NCBI GenBank assembly: GCA_002432805.1
Contig: DJGV01000001.1
Span: 100,218 to 164,217 of the forward strand
From: Fervidobacterium sp. UBA5837
GTDB lineage: Bacteria; Thermotogota; Thermotogae; Thermotogales; Fervidobacteriaceae
Reading direction: 5' to 3'
Length of the DNA: 64,000 nucleotides
The translations under genes were made by a program, and so were the position numbers. The notes below the pieces were generated by a model. It was not told where the DNA came from, searched no databases, and worked only from the letters and a program-made list of their open reading frames with translations. Position 1 is the first letter of the stretch. Each line of letters opens with the position of its first letter. Below, piece by piece: positions 38,598-47,509 of the stretch.

Positions 38598-39952
38598 AAG
38601 TATTGATATTGGCAGCAGGATTAGGTAAAAGGATGAAATCGAAATATCCAAAAGTTGTTCACAAAATACTTGGTAAACCGATGATAAATTGGGTTGTAGA
38701 CTTAGGTAAGGATTTTGGAGAGGTTGGAGTTGTTGTAGGTCACAAAGCTGAAATTGTGAAACATTATCTCCCAGACGATGTGTCAGTGTATATTCAAGAG
38801 CCACAACTTGGAACTGGTCACGCGGTTATGTGCGCAAAAGATTTCATATGCCCTGATCAAGACCTACTCATCCTATACGGCGATGTTCCTTTATTGAAAA
38901 AGGAGACAATTGAAAGACTTGCAAGAGTACATGAAGAAAGCGAGTACGATGTTACCGTACTGACATTCGTACCTGAAAATCCCTCTGGTTACGGTAGGAT
39001 AGTAAAACATGACGCAAAGATAAAAATCATCGAAGACAAAGACACCAACGAAGAGCAAAAGAAGATAAGAGAAGTTAACAGTGGTATATACATTTTCTCT
39101 GGTAAATTCTTGCTCGAAAACATTGAAAAGATAAGAAACAACAATGCACAAAAAGAATATTATTTAACTGACGTAGTTGCTTTCTCTCAGCATGCGGGGA
39201 CCGTACTGCTTGAAGATCCAATTGAGGTATCTGGCGTAAACGATAGAATTCAACTGGCTCAGCTCGAATCCATTGCGAGACAAAGGATACTCGAAAACTT
39301 GATGCTATCAGGTGTGACAATAGTAGATCCGGAATCCACGTTCATCGGACCAGATGTTGAAATTGGGATGGACACGATAATTCATCCGTTTACAATCATA
39401 GAAGGCAGGACTATAATTGGACAGGACTGTGATATAGGTCCATATAGTCACATTGTTGAGTCCAAAATCGGTAACAATGCGAAAGTCGTTAGGTCAGAAG
39501 TGGAAATGACAACCATAGAAGACAACGTGTCAGTCGGTCCGTATTCGCGATTGCGTGAAGGTACAGTATTGAAAGAACATGTAAAGATTGGTAATTTCGT
39601 TGAGACGAAAAAATCAGTCATTGGCAATAGGTCAAAGGCTCAACATTTAACATATCTTGGAGATGCAACAGTTGGAAATGACGTAAACATCGGTGCTGGT
39701 ACAATAACTTGCAATTACGATGGACGCAATAAGTATCCAACTTCTATTGATGACAATGCTTTCATAGGTAGTAATTCATCACTCGTTGCACCTGTAAAAA
39801 TAGGAAAAGGCACAATAGTTGGAGCGGGTTCTGTTATCACTAAAGATGTGCCAGAAGATAGTTTGGCACTCGGAAGAGCTATGCAAGTTAACAAAGAAGG
39901 TTGGGCGAAGATCAAAAGGGAGGCTATGGATAATGCAAACAGCAAAAAATGA
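38594..39952 (+). CDS. glmU: Bifunctional UDP-N-acetylglucosamine pyrophosphorylase / glucosamine-1-phosphate N-acetyltransferase
   Basis: ILAAGLGKRMKS, YGDVPLL, left-handed beta-helix hexapeptide repeats, NYDG.NK. Confidence 0.95.
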   Translation: MKVLILAAGLGKRMKSKYPKVVHKILGKPMINWVVDLGKDFGEVGVVVGHKAEIVKHYLPDDVSVYIQEPQLGTGHAVMCAKDFICPDQDLLILYGDVPLLKKETIERLARVHEESEYDVTVLTFVPENPSGYGRIVKHDAKIKIIEDKDTNEEQKKIREVNSGIYIFSGKFLLENIEKIRNNNAQKEYYLTDVVAFSQHAGTVLLEDPIEVSGVNDRIQLAQLESIARQRILENLMLSGVTIVDPESTFIGPDVEIGMDTIIHPFTIIEGRTIIGQDCDIGPYSHIVESKIGNNAKVVRSEVEMTTIEDNVSVGPYSRLREGTVLKEHVKIGNFVETKKSVIGNRSKAQHLTYLGDATVGNDVNIGAGTITCNYDGRNKYPTSIDDNAFIGSNSSLVAPVKIGKGTIVGAGSVITKDVPEDSLALGRAMQVNKEGWAKIKREAMDNANSKK

Positions 39953-40880
39953 GATGAAAATATTTGCCGGAAATGCAAACAAAGTCCTCGCAGAGAAGGT
40001 AGCCAATTACATTGGAATGCGGCTAGGTGATATCACTGTTGGAAGATTTGCCGATGGTGAGATAAACGTTAGAATAGAGGAAACAGTGCGTGGCCACGAT
40101 GTCTTCGTTATCCAACCGACATGTCCACCAGTAGACGAGAATTTAATGGAACTGTTGATAATGATAGATGCATTTAAGCGTGCTTCCGCGAATAACATAG
40201 CTGTAGTAATGCCATACTATGGTTATGCAAGACAGGATAGAAAGGCCAAAGGTAGGGATCCCATCACCGCGAAGTTGGTTGCCAATCTACTTACAATTGC
40301 TGGTGCAACACGTATTATGACCGTAGATCTACATGCGGAACAAGTTCAGGGTTTTTTTGATATTCCAGTGGATAATTTGTGGAGTTTTCCAGTATTCTTG
40401 GAAACATTGAAAAAAGATGGATTGATAAGTGAAGACACTGTTATTGTCTCACCAGATGTCGGTGGTGTGAAAAGAGCAAGGCAAATTGCCGAAAAAGTCG
40501 GACTACCTTTGGCTATACTCGATAAGAGAAGGCCAAAGGACAATGTGGCTGAAATACTAAACATCATTGGTGATGTAAAAGATAAGACTGCAATAATAGT
40601 TGATGATATAGTCGATACAGCAAGATCGCTTGTGGAAGGTGCTAGTGCAATTAAGAAAGCCGGTGCAAGCAGAGTAGTCGCATGTATAACTCACCCAGTT
40701 CTTTCAGCTGGTGCAATTGAAAGGATAGAACAATCCACTATTGAAAAGATTTATATTGGTGATACAATATATCATCAGAGCCTACCCGAGAAATTTCACA
40801 TCGTTTCAGTGGCCTCTTTGCTTGGTGAGGCTATAATAAGAGTTAGGAAGAACCTATCTGTAAGTATATTATTTAAGTGA
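39933..40880 (+). CDS. prs: Ribose-phosphate pyrophosphokinase
   Basis: ATG 9 nt after GGGAGG. Motifs KIFAGNAN, YYGYARQDRK, DLHAEQVQGFF, IIVDDIVDTARS. The ORF-track start at 39819 is an upstream extension inside glmU. Confidence 0.94.
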   Translation: MQTAKNEMKIFAGNANKVLAEKVANYIGMRLGDITVGRFADGEINVRIEETVRGHDVFVIQPTCPPVDENLMELLIMIDAFKRASANNIAVVMPYYGYARQDRKAKGRDPITAKLVANLLTIAGATRIMTVDLHAEQVQGFFDIPVDNLWSFPVFLETLKKDGLISEDTVIVSPDVGGVKRARQIAEKVGLPLAILDKRRPKDNVAEILNIIGDVKDKTAIIVDDIVDTARSLVEGASAIKKAGASRVVACITHPVLSAGAIERIEQSTIEKIYIGDTIYHQSLPEKFHIVSVASLLGEAIIRVRKNLSVSILFK

Positions 40881-40953
40881 TTCTATAGTAACCAGTTTAT
40901 ACAGTAGATGAAAATAGAAAACCTTTAAAATAGAAGAAGAGGAGGTACGTGAC

Positions 40954-41619
40954 ATGGAGTACATAGTTAACGCGCAGATTAGGTCTATCATTGGTAACAA
41001 GCGCGCAGTAAGGAGACTTAGAACCCAAGGAGTTATACCAGCCGTTGCCTACGGACCAGGTATCGAAAAACCGTTGAGTTTGGTGCTAAACAGCATAGAC
41101 TTCCTTAAACTGTTCAAGCACATTACAGAATCCACACCACTTTCTTTGGTTATTTCAGACGAAAGTGGTAAAGAGACTTTCAAACACATGGCATTTATAA
41201 AGATGGTCCAATATGACAAAGTGACAGATGAGATCAAGCATATCGATTTTTACATTCCTGAAGCTCACCATAAGATGACGATTAACGTTCCAGTTAAATT
41301 CAACGGCAAACCAGTTGGTGTTGAAAAGGGTGGAATTATGGAAATTATACACCATGAGGTAGTTGTTGAAGCAATACCGGAACTAGTACCTGAGGTAATC
41401 GAAATTGACGTTACAAATCTCGGCTTAGGTGATGTAATAAGAGTTAAGGATATTCAAATGCCACAAGATGTAAAGATAGACCTTGATCCTGAAGAAACTC
41501 TTGTGACAGTTATTACCCCAAGAAGCATTGAAGAAGAAATAACAGCTCCAGCTGCAGAGGGAGAAACTGAACCTGAGGTAGTCAAGAAGGGAAAGAAAGA
41601 AGAGACAGAAGAGAAATAA
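40954..41619 (+). CDS. rplY: 50S ribosomal protein L25 / general stress protein Ctc (long form)
   Basis: RRLRTQGVIPAVAYG, two-domain length (221 aa), acidic/Lys-rich tail. Upstream of pth. Confidence 0.9.
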   Translation: MEYIVNAQIRSIIGNKRAVRRLRTQGVIPAVAYGPGIEKPLSLVLNSIDFLKLFKHITESTPLSLVISDESGKETFKHMAFIKMVQYDKVTDEIKHIDFYIPEAHHKMTINVPVKFNGKPVGVEKGGIMEIIHHEVVVEAIPELVPEVIEIDVTNLGLGDVIRVKDIQMPQDVKIDLDPEETLVTVITPRSIEEEITAPAAEGETEPEVVKKGKKEETEEK

Positions 41620-41654
41620 TATAAAATGTAGCAGTCAAAATTGAACCTATTTGC

Positions 41655-41680
41655 AAGTCCCCCTTTACGGGGGACTTTTC
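41655..41680 (+). terminator. Stem-loop (possible attenuator) between rplY and pth
   Basis: aagtccccc tttac gggggactt followed by ttc. The T-tract is short. Confidence 0.45.
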
Positions 41681-41724
41681 AAATGTATAATTACTCTGGA
41701 ATGTGTATAAGGAGTTGGATATCA

Positions 41725-42285
41725 ATGATCGTAATAGGATTAGGTAATCCAGGAGAGAACTATTCAAACACGCGCCATAACGTTGGATTCATGTTGCTTG
41801 ATAGAATAAGTCATTCGTGGAAGAAGGGTCCCAATTATCTTTACAGCGATGTAAACATAAACGGTGAGAAGACAAAGCTTATAAAACCTATGACCTACAT
41901 GAATCTTAGTGGTGAGGTATTCAAATATATTCAACACGATGATATAATAGTAGTGTACGATGATTTGGACCTGCCAATTGGAAGGCTGAGGATAAGGAAT
42001 GATGGAAGCGCTGGTGGGCACAACGGTGTAAAATCTATAATCTCGTACATTGGTCAAGCATTTCCAAGAATAAGAATAGGCATCGGTCCTAAACCACAAG
42101 GTATGGATGCAGCAGATTATGTGCTTTCAAACTTCTCTAAAGAAGAATTTGCAATATTGGATAAGGTATTAGAAGCAGCAAAAGAAGCCTTAGAATACAT
42201 AACAATTTACGGGTTGGACAAAGCGATGAATAGATACAATTCTTTCAAAGTTGACGAAGATAGCGAAAACAATCGAAGCAAGTGA
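41725..42285 (+). CDS. pth: Peptidyl-tRNA hydrolase
   Basis: MIVIGLGNPGENYSNTRHNVGF, GGHNGVKS. ATG after AAGGAG. Confidence 0.94.
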   Translation: MIVIGLGNPGENYSNTRHNVGFMLLDRISHSWKKGPNYLYSDVNINGEKTKLIKPMTYMNLSGEVFKYIQHDDIIVVYDDLDLPIGRLRIRNDGSAGGHNGVKSIISYIGQAFPRIRIGIGPKPQGMDAADYVLSNFSKEEFAILDKVLEAAKEALEYITIYGLDKAMNRYNSFKVDEDSENNRSK

Positions 42286-42345
42286 AGCAAGGTATTTTCA
42301 GAAAATTTTGAAATTCCAAAATCTCAATGGAAAAAGGTGACATAA

Positions 42346-42786
42346 TTGAAGTGTATTCGTTGTGGGAAATCTGCTGAAATTGTAAGAAAAGTCTACTTTG
42401 ATGGTGCGATAAAGGAAGTATGCTATTGTAAGAATTGCTTTCGTGAGATGTTGAAGTACGAAAGCATGAAATATGCGCGTGCAGGAGTCTACACGTTAAC
42501 CTCACATATGGAGTTGATAGAGGAATCAACGATGAAAGATAATAGATTTCATAACTCCATCGAAAACATATATTCTGAACAACCAAGTGTAGTCCAGCTT
42601 ACACTTTTTGCAAATGATAGATACACCTACAAAAAGACGCTTATGGATATACAGAAAAGAAAGCTCACTTTTTTGAAATACAAATTGAGAAATGCGTTAA
42701 AATATGAAGATTACAGAAAAGCTAGCAAACTAAAGCGAAAAATAGATGAATTGATGAAAACATTAAAGGAGACTCCGCAGCAATAA
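42346..42786 (+). CDS. Zinc-ribbon + UVR-domain protein (McsA-like)
   Basis: CIRCGK...CYCKNC zinc ribbon. C-terminal UVR-like LRNALKYEDYRKASKLKRKIDEL. TTG start. Confidence 0.6.
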   Translation: MKCIRCGKSAEIVRKVYFDGAIKEVCYCKNCFREMLKYESMKYARAGVYTLTSHMELIEESTMKDNRFHNSIENIYSEQPSVVQLTLFANDRYTYKKTLMDIQKRKLTFLKYKLRNALKYEDYRKASKLKRKIDELMKTLKETPQQ

Positions 42787-42802
42787 TGAAGTCTCCTTTT
42801 TC
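42765..42802 (+). terminator. Rho-independent terminator overlapping the stop codon
   Basis: aaaggagac (17-nt loop) gtctccttt followed by ttc. Confidence 0.6.
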
Positions 42803-42904
42803 AAATTATTATCAAATGCAAAATTTCAATTGCTCACATACCCTCAAATAAAATAGCACCTTTCTGCACACCACTGCGCATTATCCAAGTCATAAGAACT
42901 ATAA

Positions 42905-43651
42905 CTATACCAGGTAAAGTATAGCCGATAAAATTATCATAGCAAACAAAATGTACTTTAAAACCTTTTTGTCGAGACGTAAATTCAGATGTGCGCCAAT
43001 GTTTCCACCAAAAAAAGAACCTGCACCAAGTACCAAGCCCGGTATCAATTCTACCTTACTATTAAATGAGAACACGATTATCGAAAATATCGTAAAAGTC
43101 AGTGTTAGGAAGATTTTAAGTACATTTGCACTCTTGATACCCTCACCTTCAAATTTTCTAAGAGCCGCAATGAGAAAGAAACCAACTCCTGCTTGAATGA
43201 ATCCACCGTAGATACCGATGAGAAAGAAGATAATAAACTCCAAAAGTCTATTCGAAGGTTTTAAATGTAACGCACTTTCTTCATCTTTTGAAAGTAAGTT
43301 GAAGAACGCCATGAAAAGGAATATTACACCAAGCAGTGTTTTTAAAATCCTATCAGGAATCTCTACCGCAATATTCGCACCAGCCAGTGATCCAAGAATA
43401 GTTGGTATAGAAAGGTACAGAGCCTTCTTAGTGTTCAATACTTTCTTTCTTGAGAAACTTGCAGTTGCCGAAATGTTCTGCATCAATATTGAAATACGGT
43501 TCGTACCATTTGCGACACTTGGAGAGAGCCCAAACAAACTGAGTAACGGCAATGTAAGGAACGAACCGCCACCCGCAAGAACATTTACTATTCCTGAGGC
43601 TAATCCCCCAAAAAACAGCAGTAAATAAAGCATAAAATTACCGATAGTCAT
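42905..43651 (-). CDS. TauE/SafE-family sulfite/anion exporter membrane protein
   Basis: Polytopic. Motifs GGLASGIVNVLAGGGSFLTLPLL and GAGSFFGGNIGA. ATG at 43651 sits 7 nt after GAGGTG. Confidence 0.8.
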   Translation of the reverse strand: MTIGNFMLYLLLFFGGLASGIVNVLAGGGSFLTLPLLSLFGLSPSVANGTNRISILMQNISATASFSRKKVLNTKKALYLSIPTILGSLAGANIAVEIPDRILKTLLGVIFLFMAFFNLLSKDEESALHLKPSNRLLEFIIFFLIGIYGGFIQAGVGFFLIAALRKFEGEGIKSANVLKIFLTLTFTIFSIIVFSFNSKVELIPGLVLGAGSFFGGNIGAHLNLRLDKKVLKYILFAMIILSAILYLV

Positions 43652-43652
43652 C

Positions 43653-44675
43653 TCAAAACACCTCAAGAAATGCGTTAAGCAACTTTATTAAATTATCCAA
43701 ATCTGAAAGACTTATCATCTCTACTTGAGAATGTAAGTATCTCACTGGGACACTCAGTGCAACCATAGGAACACCCAATTCCAAAAATACACTTGCATCG
43801 TTACCCCCACCCGTTGCACCAATTTGAACTGGGATATTTCTCTGCTGGGCTACATGAACTATCTGACGCACAACTGACATATCAGAAATCGAAGAATTGT
43901 CGAATGCCCTAATCACAGGGCCCTTCCCAAGTTCTACATGCTTATTCTGTTTACTGCAGCATGCAAATGAATCTACAGCTATGGCTAGACGCGGCCAATA
44001 AGATTTCGTCAAAGCCTTTGCACCTCTCAATCCAACTTCTTCTTGAACAGTCCAAGCAAAGATGCAATCCGACCTATTCTCTACATGATTGGCTACTTGA
44101 GATAACGTATAGCATCCGAACCGATCATCCAGACTTCTCATGGCAAGATTATCAACATTAAGAATCGCGCTATTTTTCTTAAATACTACGTAATCCAACT
44201 CCCTTATCCCCATATCGTAAACTTCGATTCTTGATTTAGCACCAATGTCGACACACTTATCGAAAACCTCTCCATCGCTCTTCAAATGTGGCGGTACAGC
44301 ACCGATGACACCATTTATGATTCCATTTTGCGATATGACTTCAACAAAAGTACCAGGAAGCGTTTCTTCTATTATTCCACCAACGTTTCTAATCGTTAAT
44401 TTCCCGTCTTCTCTAATATCAGTTACGTAGAATCCTATTTCATCCATGTGTGCCATAAGTAGAACTGAATTATCACCCTTATCACCACCTATACTGCCTT
44501 TTCCATTTTTTTCGTACACCAAATTCCCAACCTTGTCAACCTTGCATACCATAGGAATCGTGGAAGATATTTTCTCCCTGACCAATTCCTCTCTTCCCGA
44601 CACTCCGGAAACACTACAGAGTTCCACCAATTCATCAACTTTGACAAATTCATATTCTACTTTCTCTATTCTCAT
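43653..44675 (-). CDS. M42-family glutamyl aminopeptidase / endoglucanase-like peptidase (FrvX family)
   Basis: VSGREELVRE, LLMAHMDEIGF, SLDDRFGC, WTVQEEVGLRGA. ATG after GGGGAGGTGA. Confidence 0.88.
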   Translation of the reverse strand: MRIEKVEYEFVKVDELVELCSVSGVSGREELVREKISSTIPMVCKVDKVGNLVYEKNGKGSIGGDKGDNSVLLMAHMDEIGFYVTDIREDGKLTIRNVGGIIEETLPGTFVEVISQNGIINGVIGAVPPHLKSDGEVFDKCVDIGAKSRIEVYDMGIRELDYVVFKKNSAILNVDNLAMRSLDDRFGCYTLSQVANHVENRSDCIFAWTVQEEVGLRGAKALTKSYWPRLAIAVDSFACCSKQNKHVELGKGPVIRAFDNSSISDMSVVRQIVHVAQQRNIPVQIGATGGGNDASVFLELGVPMVALSVPVRYLHSQVEMISLSDLDNLIKLLNAFLEVF

Positions 44676-44830
44676 AACTGTCACCTCCCCGATATCATAT
44701 ATGAGATATTCTACCATGAATTTGATTCGTTATACTAATTTATCATCACACAAATATTTTTTATATATTGACAAGTTTTTTGTATACAGATATAATATTT
44801 TTGTCCAAAACAAAATCTGGGGGTGATACT

Positions 44831-46096
44831 GTGGTAGATAATAGCAAAATTTATCAACATGAAAAGAGAAATCTAGCGTTCGTAATCACTGGAAGATTTG
44901 AATCTCTTGTAGGAGCTTCTGCTTTAATGATTGCAATGCCACTTTTTGTGCTGGACAGAACAGGCTCTGGTACTATCATGGGACTCTTCAGTGTTCTTCA
45001 GATCCTCCCAAGGATCTTGTCTACCCCATTCGGTGGTGTGCTCGGGGATAGAATGAACAGAAAGCACATCATGGTTTTAGTAGATGAACTTAGGGGGATG
45101 ATTTTGTTTTTTTTGTGGTTGATAGGCGTTTTTGGAAAGATCGACATACCTTTGCTGCTAATCTTCACAGCGGTTTTGTCACTCTTGGATGGTATTTTCG
45201 ACGGTCCAACCGGTGCTATGTTTGGTGATGTTGTTAGAAAAGAACATATGAAGCGAGCGACTTCATTCAATGCGATGGCAAATAGTGGTGCCACTATCAT
45301 TGGGCCTATCCTCGGTGGTATGTTGTATGGCTTTTACGGTTTTCAAAATGTCGTATTGATGACCTCGATATTGTACTTCCTATCGGGTATCAGCGAGATG
45401 TTTATCATATACAAATTCACGCCAAAAGAAGGAGAAGTTCATGTATTCAAAGAACTTGGTGAGGGAATAAAATTCGTAGTTGCAAACAGAGGATTGAAAT
45501 TTCTATTCACATTTGCGATTGCGATAAACTTCATTACATCTCCACTATTTGGTGTTGTCTTTCCGTACATCGTCCGCACAGTTTTACAATTCAGTTCAAC
45601 TCAATATGGTTTATTACAAACATTCTTCACAATTGGTGCTCTGCTTGGAAACTTCTTGATACTCTTAGTATTACACAAGGTAAGCTCAAAAATTCTGATG
45701 ATTGGTGGGTTGATTGTTCAAGAACTTATAGGTGTTGCTTTTTCTATAATGATTATGCCTGTATTTGGATTCTCCAAGTCTATGCTCTTCATAATTTTCT
45801 CGACTAGTTCATTTCTCATAAGCTTGTTTAACGTACTCGTCAACACACCATTGAATGCAAATCTCCAGATACTTGTACCTTCAGAATTGAGATCGAGGGT
45901 CTTTTCTGTACTTTCCGTGATGGCCATGGGAATTACGCCCATTTCTTCTGCTTTGTATGGTTATCTAATTGACAGATTGAATCCATTTTGGTTTTTCTTT
46001 TCCATAAATCTCTTGGGACTTATCGTGTCACTGTTTTTTGTAATTTTAGCACCAGATGAAGCATACAATCCTAATCCTCCCTTAAGTGACAGATAG
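44831..46096 (+). CDS. MFS transporter
   Basis: 12 predicted TM helices. GGVLGDRMNRK loop motif. GTG after GGGGGTGA. Confidence 0.85.
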   Translation: MVDNSKIYQHEKRNLAFVITGRFESLVGASALMIAMPLFVLDRTGSGTIMGLFSVLQILPRILSTPFGGVLGDRMNRKHIMVLVDELRGMILFFLWLIGVFGKIDIPLLLIFTAVLSLLDGIFDGPTGAMFGDVVRKEHMKRATSFNAMANSGATIIGPILGGMLYGFYGFQNVVLMTSILYFLSGISEMFIIYKFTPKEGEVHVFKELGEGIKFVVANRGLKFLFTFAIAINFITSPLFGVVFPYIVRTVLQFSSTQYGLLQTFFTIGALLGNFLILLVLHKVSSKILMIGGLIVQELIGVAFSIMIMPVFGFSKSMLFIIFSTSSFLISLFNVLVNTPLNANLQILVPSELRSRVFSVLSVMAMGITPISSALYGYLIDRLNPFWFFFSINLLGLIVSLFFVILAPDEAYNPNPPLSDR

Positions 46097-46136
46097 AGCA
46101 TGCAGAACACTCCAAAAGTGTGGATAGTTAAAACAT

Positions 46137-46164
46137 TGTGCAGGTGAGAACCTGCACTCTTTTT
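46137..46164 (+). terminator. Rho-independent terminator after the MFS gene
   Basis: gtgcaggt gaga acctgcac followed by tctttttc. Confidence 0.8.
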
Positions 46165-46234
46165 CATTCTTTAGCTATGTGCTATAATAAGAGTTGAGAT
46201 GAGCAAAAATGGGGGGAAGGGGAATAAATACTCA

Positions 46235-46345
46235 ATGAAACATGGAAGCGTACTTATTGCTGTACTACTTATCATGATTTTTACTGCAATTATACTCTCA
46301 AAATTGTGGTTTTTACTTGCTATCAGGTTGAAAGGGTATCCATAG
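46235..46345 (+). CDS. Candidate 36-aa single-TM small protein (below the ORF-track size cutoff)
   Basis: MKHGSVLIAVLLIMIFTAIILSKLWFLLAIRLKGYP. GGGGGGAAGGGG sits about 12 nt upstream. Confidence 0.35.
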   Translation: MKHGSVLIAVLLIMIFTAIILSKLWFLLAIRLKGYP

Positions 46346-46356
46346 TGATTAACTTT

Positions 46357-46632
46357 CTATTTTTCAGGCCTTTCGTATTTTAAGGCATTTATTGTTACCA
46401 AATATTTATGACCATCGACTTCAACTTGAAAATCAACGTTGAAATTATCGGGACTGTTTTGAAGGTAAGTCGCATCAACAGTTTCCCAAAACATATTTTC
46501 TGCTATTATTTGTGCTTTTTCTTGTCTTATAGCTTCGTTTAAGGTTTCATTCTGGAGCGGTATTGTACCACAAATCATCACAATTAGTAACATGAGTATG
46601 AGTAGTGCGAAAATGATTTCCGTGTAAACCAT
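46357..46632 (-). CDS. Small membrane-anchored protein with a pilin-like N-terminal helix
   Basis: GAGAGGTGA RBS. N-terminus is MVYTEIIFALLILMLLIVMICG, with Glu at position 5 followed by about 17 hydrophobic residues. This is followed by a small soluble domain. Confidence 0.55.
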   Translation of the reverse strand: MVYTEIIFALLILMLLIVMICGTIPLQNETLNEAIRQEKAQIIAENMFWETVDATYLQNSPDNFNVDFQVEVDGHKYLVTINALKYERPEK

Positions 46633-46710
46633 GTTTTCACCTCTCTATACAAATCTACACAAATTTGCAATACTTATTGTGTTACAAAATATTGCGAGTA
46701 TTAAGAGGAG

Positions 46711-47460
46711 GTGGTATATATCAGCGCATTTCTTAAGGGCGTAACTTTTAGCACTATAGCTGGACTTTCTACGATGTTAGGTGTTTTACCGTTACTCTTG
46801 TTTCATAAACATCTTGGTGAGAAAGTAATAGACTCTCTATTGGGAATGGCCGCCGGGATCATGCTAGCTGCAAGTGCATTTAGTTTGGTTGGACCATCAC
46901 TAGAAGCAGGTGGTCCGTTACGTTTTTCAATAGGTTTCTTATTAGGTGCGGTCATGGTAGACCTCTTGGATAAATTTTCACCGCACGAGCACTTTTTAAA
47001 GGGTCACGAGGGTCCAGACCTCAAAAGAGTTAGCAAAATATGGTTATTTGTCATAGCCATAACTATTCACAACTTTCCAGAAGGTATGGCCGTTGGAATC
47101 AGTGGTTTTACACCACAAGCACTGAGTGTTGCCATTGCAATAGGTACTCAGAATATACCCGAAGGTTCTGCTACTTTTGTTGCGCTTCTGAACGCAGGAT
47201 ATTCTGTAAAAACCGCATCGCTTGTTACACTCTTAACTGGTTTGGTTGAGGTGCTTGGTGGACTATTTGGCGCTAGTCTAATACTCGTTAGTCAAAAACT
47301 GTTGCCATACATGTTAGCGTTCGCAGCAGGTGCTATGGTGTTCGTAGTAAGTGATGAAGTGATACCAGAAACCCACTTAAAAGGCAATGAAAGGCTTGCA
47401 ACTTATTTCCTTGTATTTGGTTTTCTCATAATGTCGATACTTGATGTTATCCTCGGGTAA
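46711..47460 (+). CDS. ZIP-family divalent metal transporter (ZupT-like)
   Basis: HNFPEGMAVG and QNIPEG motifs. The start is uncertain because the GTG at 46711 abuts AGGAGG. Confidence 0.85.
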   Translation: MVYISAFLKGVTFSTIAGLSTMLGVLPLLLFHKHLGEKVIDSLLGMAAGIMLAASAFSLVGPSLEAGGPLRFSIGFLLGAVMVDLLDKFSPHEHFLKGHEGPDLKRVSKIWLFVIAITIHNFPEGMAVGISGFTPQALSVAIAIGTQNIPEGSATFVALLNAGYSVKTASLVTLLTGLVEVLGGLFGASLILVSQKLLPYMLAFAAGAMVFVVSDEVIPETHLKGNERLATYFLVFGFLIMSILDVILG

Positions 47461-47509
47461 TTTTAATAACTACGATATTTTATGAATAAGTAATTATAAA
47501 TAACTACAT

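Noticed and set aside
39819-39932. Long N-terminal extensions in the ORF track for prs (39819), fabG (34283), bioY (33781), pth (41641), hlyIII (23621), acpP (29227), niaR (14420) and the UPF0173 hydrolase (18330)
   Set aside because: In each case a conserved family N-terminus begins at an internal ATG or GTG preceded by a GGAGG-type RBS at 5-9 nt. The upstream extension overlaps the previous gene, a promoter or a terminator.
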